Shown here piece after piece: positions 11,592 to 20,866 of a stretch of DNA of 64,000 nt (its first letter is position 1; each line of letters begins with the position of its first letter). The stretch spans positions 205-64,204 of the forward strand of contig CAYTHS010000003.1 in NCBI GenBank assembly GCA_964437665.1, given 5' to 3'. The position numbers and the translations under genes are program-made. Below the pieces are notes generated by a model. That model made no database searches, was not told the DNA's origin, and saw only the letters and a program-made list of their open reading frames with translations. This DNA is from an uncultured Oscillospiraceae bacterium. GTDB taxonomy: Bacteria > Bacillota > Clostridia > Christensenellales > CAG-138.

Positions 11592-11615
11592 CGCTGAACG
11601 GAAAGGAATGATAAA

Positions 11616-12494
11616 ATGCACAGGAAAGAAATTTCGGAGGCACGGCGTTTGATGAAAGAACGAATCGGAAACATCTTCAGAGGGGTTTTGATCGGTTGCG
11701 CAAATATCATTCCCGGGGTTTCCGGCGGGACGGTCGCGGTATCCATGGGTGTGTTTGACACGATCATACTGTCGGTTAACGGTCTGATCGGCGACCGTGG
11801 AAACCGGAAACGGCATTTTTTCACCCTGCTTCCGATTCTGCTCGGGGTGCTGATCGGGCTGGTCCTGTTCAGCAAACTGATCTCGTTCCTGTTTGATTAC
11901 GCGCCGCTGCCCACGTTTGCGGCGTTTCTGGGCATGGTGCTCGGCAGTTTGCCGATGCTCGCGAAAAACTCGCTGAAAGAAGGCTTCCGGCCGATATCGC
12001 TCGTTTGGTTTATCACGGCGACGGGGTTGGTGCTGCTGATGGAGTTTGCGCAGGGCGGCTTTACGGTCAGTGAACCATATACCTTTCTGAGCGCAATCCT
12101 GCTTATGCTTTCGATGATGTTCGCTTCCGCCAGCATGGTGATGCCCGGGCTCTCCGGCTCGTTTGTGATGCTGCTGCTCGGCTGGTATGAAATTGCCGTG
12201 GGCGCGCTTGCTAACCTCGAATGGCTTAAGCTCCTGCCGATGATCGCCGGCGCGCTGCTTGGGGTCGTGCTGGTTTCCAAGCTGATGGCGAGCCTGCTGA
12301 AAAATCACTATGCGAGCACATACGCCGCCATTATGGGGTTTGTATGCGGCTCGGTGGTGGTGATGGTCCGCCGCACGATCAGTTATCTGCCCGTGAGCGC
12401 ATGGCGGATTATATTCGCGGCCGTAATGCTGATTGCGGGCGTGCTTCTGACGATTCTCAGCCAGCGCGGCGAGGGCAGGACGGACGCTTCGTAA
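11616..12494 (+). CDS. DUF368 family membrane protein (polyprenyl-phosphate transporter family)
   Basis: Duplicated IPGVSGGT / MPGLSGSF motifs in an 8-10 TM protein. Confidence 0.8.
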   Translation: MHRKEISEARRLMKERIGNIFRGVLIGCANIIPGVSGGTVAVSMGVFDTIILSVNGLIGDRGNRKRHFFTLLPILLGVLIGLVLFSKLISFLFDYAPLPTFAAFLGMVLGSLPMLAKNSLKEGFRPISLVWFITATGLVLLMEFAQGGFTVSEPYTFLSAILLMLSMMFASASMVMPGLSGSFVMLLLGWYEIAVGALANLEWLKLLPMIAGALLGVVLVSKLMASLLKNHYASTYAAIMGFVCGSVVVMVRRTISYLPVSAWRIIFAAVMLIAGVLLTILSQRGEGRTDAS

Positions 12495-12525
12495 AGGCGC
12501 TTCCGCGCGGGGGACGGCGGCCAAT

Positions 12526-13209
12526 ATGGAAAAGACATTTCAAACCGAATCCGGTCCGATCCGCGTTTCCGTAACGAGAAAACGCATGAAAAACCTCTAC
12601 CTTCGCGTCCTGCCGCCCGAGGGAAGTATTGCGGTGAGCGCGCCGCTCGGCACGAGCGACGCGGAGATCGGGCGATTCGTGACGGGACGGTTGGGGTGGA
12701 TTGAGCGCCAGCGGGACAGAATTTCCGCGCACCGAGCGGCGGAATACCGCTGCGGCGACACGGTTTATTATTTCGGCAAGCGGCTGCGCCTGCAGGTGGT
12801 CGAGCGTACAGGCCGTCCGAAAGCGGAAAAATCAGGAGATACGCTGACTCTGTCCGTCAAGCCGGATGCAGACCCGGCTGCGCGGAAGCGTACGCTCGAC
12901 GCATGGTACCGCAAAGAACTCGTCGAGGCGGCCGGGGCGGTCCTGCCGTCCTGCGAGCGGACGGTCGGCAAACGCGCGGGAGAGCTGAAAATACGGGACA
13001 TGAAGACGCGGTGGGGTACCTGCAACGTAAAAAACGGTGCGATTACCATCAACCTGCGGCTGGCGGAAAAGAGTGCGGAATGCCTGCGTTATGTTTTGAC
13101 GCACGAGCTCTGCCATCTCTACGAGCCGGACCACGGAGAGCGCTTCTGGAAGCGCATGGACGAGTATTACCCGGACTGGAAGCGCGTGCGCAAGCTGCTG
13201 CGCGGCTGA
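12526..13209 (+). CDS. YgjP-like (DUF45/M48-type) zinc metallopeptidase
   Basis: HELCHLYEPDHGERFW (HExxH...H) near the C-terminus; 227 aa. Confidence 0.8.
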   Translation: MEKTFQTESGPIRVSVTRKRMKNLYLRVLPPEGSIAVSAPLGTSDAEIGRFVTGRLGWIERQRDRISAHRAAEYRCGDTVYYFGKRLRLQVVERTGRPKAEKSGDTLTLSVKPDADPAARKRTLDAWYRKELVEAAGAVLPSCERTVGKRAGELKIRDMKTRWGTCNVKNGAITINLRLAEKSAECLRYVLTHELCHLYEPDHGERFWKRMDEYYPDWKRVRKLLRG

Positions 13210-13524
13210 ACCTGAAGGACCGTTTGTTCTGAATAAGTCTGTATTTGGCTTCCGCGCTGCAAACGTCTCAATGCTGGAAAAACGGTTCAACACGGAGCCG
13301 AACGTAAAACGAAAAAATCAACCTCTCGCTGCGTAATGAAACGGCGGGAGGTTTTTTGATGGGGAATTCGGAGAAAAGCGCAGCCAAACATTCCTGAACG
13401 TTCTAAATGCAATAATATATCGTATAAAATATACGCAAACGATGTTAAGTCAACACGATGCTGTGCTATAATAACAAAAATATACTATATACACGTCTGG
13501 ATATAAATCGAAGGGAGAAAAGGG

Positions 13525-14259
13525 ATGGAATTTAATCCGAACAGCGGGTTTATGTACGTGCTGGTCGCAATCGTGATCGCGTTTGTAATCCTGCAATCCG
13601 TCGCGTTCCTGGTGAAAGCCTGGAAGCGCGGCAAAGAACTGGGTATGGACGTCAGGCTGCTGCGCAAAACGGTCGGTTCTTCGGCGGTTTTCACCGTTGC
13701 GCCGGCGGTGGCGATTCTGCTCGGCGTCATCGCGCTTTCCAAAGCACTCGGTTTTCCGCTGCCGTGGCTGCGGCTTTCGATCATCGGCGCGCTGACGTAC
13801 GAAACGACCGCCGCGGCGAGCGCGGCGAGCGCGATGGGGACGACGCTGTCCCAACCGATCCTGGACGCGAAGGTGTTCACGGCGATCACCTGGGTGATGA
13901 CGCTTGGTATTGTGCCCGGTCTGGTCCTGGTGCCGGTGTTCGGTAAGAAAATCGAAAACGGGATCGTGAAAATCAAGACCAAGGATCAACGCTGGGGCGA
14001 AATCTTCGTTTCGGGACTGTTCCTCGGCATGATTTCCGCATTTCTCGGCGTCGTGTTCGCGCACGTCGGCGAGGGGCTGACGGGATGGATCCCCGTGTTC
14101 GTCATGCTTTCAAGCGCTGTCATCATGCTGCTTTGCGCCCTGGCGCGCAAGGCGTTTAGCGCCAAGTGGATCGACGATTACGCGCTGCCGATCAGTCTGC
14201 TTGGCGGTATGGCGCTGGCGATCCCGATCACGTCGCTCGTGCAGGCCATCGCAGGATAA
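13525..14259 (+). CDS. DUF5058-like integral membrane protein
   Basis: MEFNPNSGFMYVLVAIVIAFV..AWKRGKELGM N-terminus; about 6 TM. Confidence 0.55.
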   Translation: MEFNPNSGFMYVLVAIVIAFVILQSVAFLVKAWKRGKELGMDVRLLRKTVGSSAVFTVAPAVAILLGVIALSKALGFPLPWLRLSIIGALTYETTAAASAASAMGTTLSQPILDAKVFTAITWVMTLGIVPGLVLVPVFGKKIENGIVKIKTKDQRWGEIFVSGLFLGMISAFLGVVFAHVGEGLTGWIPVFVMLSSAVIMLLCALARKAFSAKWIDDYALPISLLGGMALAIPITSLVQAIAG

Positions 14260-14271
14260 GGGGGTGCAGAT

Positions 14272-14934
14272 ATGAAAAAAGAAAGAAGTTATCGCGACAG
14301 CGTCCATTTTTCAGGACGCATTTGGATGTTCTGCGCGCTGATCATGCTGCTCTCGGTCCCGGCCAGCATTTGCGTGTACTATGATGCGTGGCCGGCCATC
14401 GGCGGCGTGCTGAAGGGCTTTCTCAGCGTCGCGCCGATCTTCTGGACGGTCGGCGTGATCGAGGTATTCACTTATGTTCCCATGCTCGGCACCGGCGGAT
14501 CGTACCTCGGGTTTATTACGGGGAATCTTTCCAACCTGAAAGTCCCCTGTGCGCTGAACGCGCTCGAACGCGCGGACCTGCATGCCGGAACGGATGAGGG
14601 GGAAGTGGTTTCCACCATCGCCATCGCGACCAGCGCCATCGTCACCACCGTCATCATTGCGCTGGGCGTGCTGCTGCTCGCACAGATCGAACCGTTCCTG
14701 GAAAGCGAGGTCATGCAGCCCGCTTTCGACAACATTCTGCCCGCGCTGTTCGGCGGACTTGCGGTCGTTTATGTCTCCAAAAACTGGAAAATCGCCATGG
14801 CGCCGCTGCTCTTCATGATCGTGCTGTTCGTTCTGGTGCCGTCGCTTGCCAGCTCAGTCGGCGTTCTGGTGCCGGTGGGCGCGCTGATTGCGATTGGCGT
14901 TGCGCGGCTGCTTTACAAAAAAGGATTGCTGTAG
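14272..14934 (+). CDS. uncharacterised integral membrane protein (partner of DUF5058)
   Basis: About 6 TM. 12-nt gap from the upstream gene and same strand. Confidence 0.6.
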   Translation: MKKERSYRDSVHFSGRIWMFCALIMLLSVPASICVYYDAWPAIGGVLKGFLSVAPIFWTVGVIEVFTYVPMLGTGGSYLGFITGNLSNLKVPCALNALERADLHAGTDEGEVVSTIAIATSAIVTTVIIALGVLLLAQIEPFLESEVMQPAFDNILPALFGGLAVVYVSKNWKIAMAPLLFMIVLFVLVPSLASSVGVLVPVGALIAIGVARLLYKKGLL

Positions 14935-15039
14935 CATCAGCGGCGGGAGCAATTTCCTCCCGCGGCGCAAGCGTTTGGTAGTATACTGTAACAAAGGAGA
15001 GCTCCCCGCCGTTGGCGGGGAACGGGACAGGAGGATTAT

Positions 15040-16479
15040 ATGATGTATTTTTGGCTGGCGCTGCTTGCGCTGGCGGTTGCGTTTCTCGCGGTCGTTCTGA
15101 TCCGCGCGCTGCGCTTCAAACCGAGAGAAGCCGAATCCGTCCAGCCGACCGAAGCCGAAGTGGACGGACAGAAGGCGATCGGCGATCTTGCCGAGATGAT
15201 CCGCTGCAAAACGGTTTCATCCTATGACGAGAGTAAAATCGACTGGGCGGAGTTCAAGAAATTCCGCGAACTGCTCAAGCGGCTGTATCCCGCCGTGTTT
15301 GAAAAGTGCGGCTATGAGGAAATCGGAAAATCCGGCGTCCTCTTTACGCTCCAGGGAAAGAGCGCGGAGAAGCCCTCTGTATTTATGGCGCACTACGACG
15401 TGGTTCCCGTCAACGAAGAGGGCTGGTCGAAACCCGCGTTTGAGGCGGTCATCGAGGACGGCGTTCTCTGGGGACGGGGCACGCTGGACACGAAGTGCAC
15501 GTTGCTCGGCGTGATGGAAGCTGCCGAAAAACTGCTTGAGGACGGATTCATACCCGCGAACGACATGTATTTCGCGTTTGCCGGGGATGAGGAGGTCGCG
15601 GGTGAAACGCAGCCGCTGATCGTCGAAACGCTGCGGCAGCGCGGCGTCGTCCCGGCAATCGTCGTAGATGAGGGTGGCGCGGTCGTCGACGGCGTTTTCC
15701 CTGGAGTGAAACAGCCCTGCGCGTTGATCGGCATCGCGGAAAAGGGACTGCTTGACGCGCAGTTTGTTATCGAAGGCGCGGGCGGACATGCTTCCGCGCC
15801 GCCGCCGCACACCGGGCTCGGCCGGCTGGCGCGCGCTGTTTGCGAGGTAGAAGACAAACCTTTCACACGCGTGTTGACCAAGCCCGTTGCGGAGATGTTT
15901 GATACGCTGGGCAGACACTCTACGTTTCTTTACCGTGTGATCTTCGCAAACCTCTGGTGTTTTCTGCCGCTGCTCGATTCGCTCTGTAAAAAAACCGGCG
16001 GAGAACTCAACGCCATGATGCGTACGACCTGCGCCTTTACGATGGCCGAGGGCAGCAAAACCTCAAACGTGCTTCCGCCGCGCGCGGCGGTGACAGCGAA
16101 TCTCCGCCTGATTACGGGGACGGCCTGCAACGAAACGATCACGGCTCTGCAAAAGCGCGTAAGCGACAAGGACGTTCACGTTTCCAAGCTGCATGGCATG
16201 GATCCGAGTAAGTGCTCGAGAACGGAAGGCTATGGATGGGAAAAGCTGAAGAAGGCGATTTCCGAAACATGGCCCGGCGCGCTGATATCGCCGTATCTGA
16301 TGGTTGCCTGTTCCGATTCCAGGCATTACTGCGCGATTTCGGAAAACGTGTTCCGCTTCTCCGCGATGGCGCTGACAAAGGAAGAACGCGGCTGCATCCA
16401 CGGGCACGACGAACGGATTCCGACCGAAAAGATCGTAAAAACCGTGCAGTTTTACGTGCGGCTGATGCGTGCTCTGTAA
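15040..16479 (+). CDS. membrane-anchored M20 family metallopeptidase / carboxypeptidase
   Basis: N-terminal TM helix, then HYDVVP, GRGTLDTK and DEE metal-site motifs. Confidence 0.85.
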   Translation: MMYFWLALLALAVAFLAVVLIRALRFKPREAESVQPTEAEVDGQKAIGDLAEMIRCKTVSSYDESKIDWAEFKKFRELLKRLYPAVFEKCGYEEIGKSGVLFTLQGKSAEKPSVFMAHYDVVPVNEEGWSKPAFEAVIEDGVLWGRGTLDTKCTLLGVMEAAEKLLEDGFIPANDMYFAFAGDEEVAGETQPLIVETLRQRGVVPAIVVDEGGAVVDGVFPGVKQPCALIGIAEKGLLDAQFVIEGAGGHASAPPPHTGLGRLARAVCEVEDKPFTRVLTKPVAEMFDTLGRHSTFLYRVIFANLWCFLPLLDSLCKKTGGELNAMMRTTCAFTMAEGSKTSNVLPPRAAVTANLRLITGTACNETITALQKRVSDKDVHVSKLHGMDPSKCSRTEGYGWEKLKKAISETWPGALISPYLMVACSDSRHYCAISENVFRFSAMALTKEERGCIHGHDERIPTEKIVKTVQFYVRLMRAL

Positions 16480-16597
16480 CATTCGGGACGGCCATAAAAA
16501 CCGCTCGGGCGCAGAGCGGGCCACGCCGCGGCTGTTATAGACAATCTTGTTTTGATGGACGGAGCCGTCTTCGAGCGAGGACGACTCCGTCTGTCGT

Positions 16598-16759
16598 TAG
16601 GATGTGTTTTTAAAATCACAAAAGCGAATTTCCACCGCCTTGACATGCATATTTTTGTTAAAAAGCCTCGCCGCAGCACCACTGCGCCTGCGTTTATCGC
16701 CTCAATCTGCAAGCCGATCCAGCAAAACTGCATCTTCTAGACTTTAGAAACTCACCCTA
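16598..16759 (+). mobile_element. MITE copy 2 (162 bp)
   Basis: Full-length alignment to copies 1, 3 and 4. TAGGATGTGTTTT.. / ..GAAACTCACCCTA ends. Confidence 0.85.
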
Positions 16760-16939
16760 GGGGGCATGGGGGGCTCGTTCAGGTCTGCAGCCTGAACCCA
16801 TGGGAAGCGGTCGCGCCGAAAAAAGCCGATTTGTGAAAGAAAATTCCCAGCAATAGGCACGTATGCTATACTATATTATATCGGTGCCTGGGTATCCGGT
16901 TTGTTTCTCTTACGGCGATGGTCTTTTCGGGGGATACAA

Positions 16940-18088
16940 ATGCAAAACGCAATTTATGTCGAAATCAGCCTGGTTGGCATCGCGATACTTGTCATTATTC
17001 TGCTGAATCAGCATGGCAATGTCGGATTATCTTCCCTGCAGCAACAATTTGACAGGATGGTGTTTGCAATCATCACCATTCTGGTGATCGACGCGGTTTG
17101 CTGGCTGAGCGACGGAGCCGTCTTTCCGTACGCGCGGCAGTTTAAGCATCTGATTGAAACGCTGTATTTCATTTTTAATATTTGCATACCGTATCTGTGG
17201 GCGGTCTATGTGGATACCGTACTGAAAAAAGACGACGAAGCGATTCGCGCGCGTATCCGGATTCTTGCCATACCGCTGGTGCTGTTCGTTGCATTGCTGA
17301 TTGTCAACCTGAAGCACGGCATGATATTTTACATTGACGAGCAGAATTTCTATCATCGCGGGTCATGGTTTCTTCTGACCGCGTGCCTCTCGTTTGCTTA
17401 TCTGGCCTATGCTACGGTGCGCGCGCTGCGTGAAGCCGCACGGCATAAAGGGGACAGCGACGGCAAACAGTATTACATGATGGCGGCGTTTATCATTCCG
17501 CCGGTGATCGGCGGGATTATTCAGACGCTTTATTACGGTATCAACAGCATTTGGATCAGCACGGTGATTTCCGTGATTCTGTACTATATCGATATGCTGA
17601 ACCGCCAGATTTCGACGGAACCGCTGACGGGACTGAACAACAGGGCGGAGATGAACAAATACCTGCGCCGCGAATCGAGGGATCCCGAGCGGCCCGAGTT
17701 GCTTGCCATGCTGATCATGGACGTCGACCGCTTCAAGGAGGTCAACGATACTTACGGGCATTATTACGGGGACCGGATGCTGATTGCCGTTGCGGATATC
17801 CTGAAGAGCGCCTGCAAGAACACGCCGGCGTTTCTCGCGCGCATCGGCGGCGATGAGTTCTGCATCGTCTATCCTGCGGAGAGCATTGAAGCGGTGGAGA
17901 GGCTGATTGGGAAAATCCAGTTGAACATCGCTAACTGGAACGCCGCCCATCTTGAAAGGATACCGATGAGTCTGAGCCTGGGGTATTCGGTCTGGGACCC
18001 GGAAAACGATAAGGACATCGACGCGCTCTACCGGCGTGCGGATCAGAAAATGTACGAAGCCAAGCGTGCCAAGCGGCTTGCGGCTTAG
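16940..18088 (+). CDS. membrane-bound diguanylate cyclase (GGDEF)
   Basis: About 6 N-terminal TM helices, then a GGDEF domain (RIGGDEFCIV). ATG 16940 has a GGGGGA RBS; the ORF track starts at TTG 16901. Confidence 0.85.
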   Translation: MQNAIYVEISLVGIAILVIILLNQHGNVGLSSLQQQFDRMVFAIITILVIDAVCWLSDGAVFPYARQFKHLIETLYFIFNICIPYLWAVYVDTVLKKDDEAIRARIRILAIPLVLFVALLIVNLKHGMIFYIDEQNFYHRGSWFLLTACLSFAYLAYATVRALREAARHKGDSDGKQYYMMAAFIIPPVIGGIIQTLYYGINSIWISTVISVILYYIDMLNRQISTEPLTGLNNRAEMNKYLRRESRDPERPELLAMLIMDVDRFKEVNDTYGHYYGDRMLIAVADILKSACKNTPAFLARIGGDEFCIVYPAESIEAVERLIGKIQLNIANWNAAHLERIPMSLSLGYSVWDPENDKDIDALYRRADQKMYEAKRAKRLAA

Positions 18089-18280
18089 ACCGGCAATCAT
18101 AAGGAGCGCTTGCGCTCGCGGAGAAGTCGTGAGCCTCGCCGGCGTTTTTTTAGCGGATATTTGTTCTTTGCCGGCCGAAGCATGCAAAAAAGTAAACCGG
18201 CGGCGGATTACATCTTTTCAATAATCTTTAATAATATGTTTAGAAACGGACCCGGCCGAAAGGCCGGGATTTTGCTTTGT

Positions 18281-18844
18281 TCAACGGCTGTACGGTTCCA
18301 GCGCGGGAATCATGCGCCGGGCGACCAGCGCCGCAATGACGCTCATCGCCCCGTCGCCGGGGACGAACACGACAAAGCAGTATAAAAGCGCCGTCCAGAC
18401 CCCCACGGGACTGCCGAGGTAATAGTTGCTCAAAAGGTAAAAATAGACGCTGCCGAGCGTATAGATCACGGCCAGTCCCGCCAGCGCCGCGCAAAGCAGT
18501 CGGCCGAAGGAAGGTTTACCTGTTTTGCGCGCGATTGCGCCGGTAACGAACGCGCCGAGCACAAAGCCGATCAGATAGCCGAAACTCGGCTTGAGCACGT
18601 AACCGATTCCGCCGCCCTGCGTGAACACGGGCAGGCCGATCAGGCCGATGAAGAGATAGAGAAGCGCGCTGAGCGCGCCGAGCTTCCTGCCGAGCAGCAT
18701 GCCCGCTAGCGACACGAAAAACGTCTGCAGCGTAAACGGCACAAGCGGCACGGGGATGCGGATAAACGCGCCGACGGCGATGAGCGCGGCAAACAGCGCG
18801 CAGAGCACCATGCGGTAGGTGCGGGACTTGGCGATGGGGTTCAT
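18281..18844 (-). CDS. bioY: biotin transporter S-component BioY
   Basis: 187-aa 6-TM protein with a BioY-like sequence, immediately downstream of birA. Confidence 0.85.
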   Translation of the reverse strand: MNPIAKSRTYRMVLCALFAALIAVGAFIRIPVPLVPFTLQTFFVSLAGMLLGRKLGALSALLYLFIGLIGLPVFTQGGGIGYVLKPSFGYLIGFVLGAFVTGAIARKTGKPSFGRLLCAALAGLAVIYTLGSVYFYLLSNYYLGSPVGVWTALLYCFVVFVPGDGAMSVIAALVARRMIPALEPYSR

Positions 18845-18886
18845 ACCTTTGTTTCGTTCTCCTGTTCGTCGGGATAAAAGTGTGTT

Positions 18887-19858
18887 TTACAGGCGGATGC
18901 TGATTTCGCCGGAGGACAGCGCGGCGCGCTCGCCGTTTTCATATTCCACCAGCAGACGGCAGCGCTCGTCCACGCCCAGCACATGCGCCGGGGTTTCGCG
19001 TCCGCTCGAAAGGACGGTTACGTCGCGCCCGACCACGAAACTGCGGCGGCGGTATTCCTCGCTGGCCTGTTCGCCGCCGAGGCTGCGGTAAAGCGGCAGG
19101 AACGCGTTGAGGTATTCGGCGATGAGCCTATTTTTCGCGTCCGGCTGCGGCTGATCGAACACGCTGCCTGCGACCCGGCGGATTTCCTCCGGAAAACCGC
19201 CTTCCGGCGTGTAGACGTTGATACCGGTGCCGAGCACGGCGTAGTCGACGCGGCCGCTCTCCATGCCGAACGAAGCTTCCGTGAGGATGCCGCAGATTTT
19301 CTTCCCGCCGAGCAGCACGTCGTTGACCCATTTGATCTGCGCCTGTCTGCCGGAAACCGCTTCCACGGCGCGGCAGACCGCGACGGCGGCGGTGGTCGTG
19401 ATTTGGAGCGCGTCGCCCGCGGCGAGGTCGGGCCGGAGCAGGAGGCTCACGTACACGCCCGTTCCCGCGGGGGAAAAGAAGCTGCGTCCTTTGCGCCCGC
19501 GCCCGCCGGTCTGCGTGGACGCAACGACCGCGGTCCCTTCCGGCGCGCCTTGTTCCGCAAGTTCGCGCAGAACGAGATTGGTCGAAGAGACGGTATCGAA
19601 CACGTGCAGCGAAAGGGATTCCGCCTCGCCGCGCAGGTACCGGCGCACGCCGCTTTCCGAAAGCACGTCGCTCGTCGGCAGCAGGCGGTAGCCGCGGTTG
19701 GGCACGGCGTCGATGGGGTAGCCGCCGGCCTGGAGCGCCTTTGCGGCCTTCCAGACGGCGTTGCGGGAAACGCCTAGGGTTTTTGCGATCTGCGCGCCGG
19801 AGAGGAAAACGTCCTTGTTTGCTTCCAGCAGGGCGCGCAGGTGGTCTTGCACGGTCAT
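18887..19858 (-). CDS. birA: bifunctional biotin-protein ligase / biotin operon repressor
   Basis: N-terminal wHTH (LSGAQIAKTLGVSRNAVWKA) and the GRGRKGRSF biotin-binding loop. Confidence 0.9.
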   Translation of the reverse strand: MTVQDHLRALLEANKDVFLSGAQIAKTLGVSRNAVWKAAKALQAGGYPIDAVPNRGYRLLPTSDVLSESGVRRYLRGEAESLSLHVFDTVSSTNLVLRELAEQGAPEGTAVVASTQTGGRGRKGRSFFSPAGTGVYVSLLLRPDLAAGDALQITTTAAVAVCRAVEAVSGRQAQIKWVNDVLLGGKKICGILTEASFGMESGRVDYAVLGTGINVYTPEGGFPEEIRRVAGSVFDQPQPDAKNRLIAEYLNAFLPLYRSLGGEQASEEYRRRSFVVGRDVTVLSSGRETPAHVLGVDERCRLLVEYENGERAALSSGEISIRL

Positions 19859-19883
19859 GGCAAATCAAGCCTCCTAAGTGGGT

Positions 19884-19912
19884 ATTATAGGGGGTGGGGA
19901 GGGGAATGTCAA
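19884..19912 (-). promoter_or_regulatory. sigmaA-type promoter of birA-bioY (TTGACA-17-TATAAT on minus strand)
   Basis: Plus-strand ATTATA at 19884-19889 and TGTCAA at 19907-19912. Confidence 0.6.
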
Positions 19913-19952
19913 CCCGACGGGGTGGAAACGGGTGACGAATGCCGGACTGAAA

Positions 19953-20723
19953 TCATTCATCGTAGGAATATTGTATATGGCTCATTGAAAAAACTGTATT
20001 GATTAATTTTATTAAAGTAAATGATATCAGGACTTTTCTTGTTTCACCAAGACTATTTGTAAGTTCTAGTTTCAATTCATGAGGCGCAACAGTGATTTCC
20101 TCAAATTTCTCAAGGGAAGTACCTAAATAGATTTTGAATACTTCTCCTGGCTCAATCGAAATGAGATCGATTTCCTGCCCAAAAACATATCTCATATTGC
20201 AATGAAATGCCATTGGTTTTCCATTAGGATCCAGACATTTTAGCGAGAGAGGATTTACTACTGTATAGGACCTAGAGGTGTTCCGAAGGATTAAAGACAG
20301 AATGCATTCTTTATCCGGTTCGCCTTGGAAAGGTATAGAAGCGCACTGAAAAACGCCATTCCCTGTTGCTGCAAACTCTTTCATTATGGCAATTTCACAT
20401 TCTTTCCCAAGCAGCAAGACACTCGGCTGTCTTTCAAAGGCATCTCGCTTTTCTTCATTTTCAAGTATTCGCGCATTTAATTCATTTGCCTTCTTGTTTT
20501 GATAAACGGCAACGCAACCTAAAAAGAGCGAACCAAGAAATGCCTCAAATCCCGCGATATATGTAATCAAATTACCTGAATCCCAAGTGGATACGAAAAA
20601 TGGAGAGACGGCGTTGATTTTATAGGCAATATGGACGCAGACAAGCGGAAGCAGAAACACCGCGGCGGCAATCAGAACGGTCAATGCTTTATGCGATTTA
20701 ATCCAATCGAGAATTTTTGACAT
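19953..20723 (-). CDS. ORFan membrane protein in an AT-rich islet
   Basis: 256 aa with two N-terminal TM helices. Composition is strongly AT-shifted relative to the flanks. Has its own GGAGG RBS and TGgTATAGT extended -10. Confidence 0.7.
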   Translation of the reverse strand: MSKILDWIKSHKALTVLIAAAVFLLPLVCVHIAYKINAVSPFFVSTWDSGNLITYIAGFEAFLGSLFLGCVAVYQNKKANELNARILENEEKRDAFERQPSVLLLGKECEIAIMKEFAATGNGVFQCASIPFQGEPDKECILSLILRNTSRSYTVVNPLSLKCLDPNGKPMAFHCNMRYVFGQEIDLISIEPGEVFKIYLGTSLEKFEEITVAPHELKLELTNSLGETRKVLISFTLIKLINTVFSMSHIQYSYDE

Positions 20724-20812
20724 ACGCTACCTCCAAAATGATCCCGCTTGCAATTACTATACCATCTTGTATTCCGCTTTACGAGCGGGTGTTTGACCGC
20801 TCTAAAAAAATT

Positions 20813-20839
20813 CCCCCGCCAACTTCCGTCAGCGGGGGC
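20813..20839. terminator. bidirectional intrinsic terminator
   Basis: CCCCCGCC..loop..AGCGGGGG flanked by an A7 run on one side and A6 on the other. Confidence 0.65.
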
Positions 20840-20866
20840 AAAAAACAACCTATTGAATTGGTTACC

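Noticed and set aside
11103-12524. 473-aa ORF antisense to the DUF368 gene, and similar long antisense ORFs (30437-32017, 48146-49528, 52562-54388, 55052-56629, 57837-59408)
   Set aside because: All lie exactly opposite strongly recognisable genes. Their translations are Arg/His/Pro/Gly-rich low-complexity sequence typical of high-GC shadow frames, and they have no RBS or motifs.
16598-16759. A roughly 46-codon ORF (MQFCWIGLQIEA.NAGAVVL..) stays open in all four MITE copies
   Set aside because: The copies have no indels, so every frame is preserved automatically, and the opposite strand is open too. Substitutions between copies are mostly non-synonymous (S/L, P/S, R/W, C/F, E/K). There is no RBS. 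This is not evidence for a coding gene.
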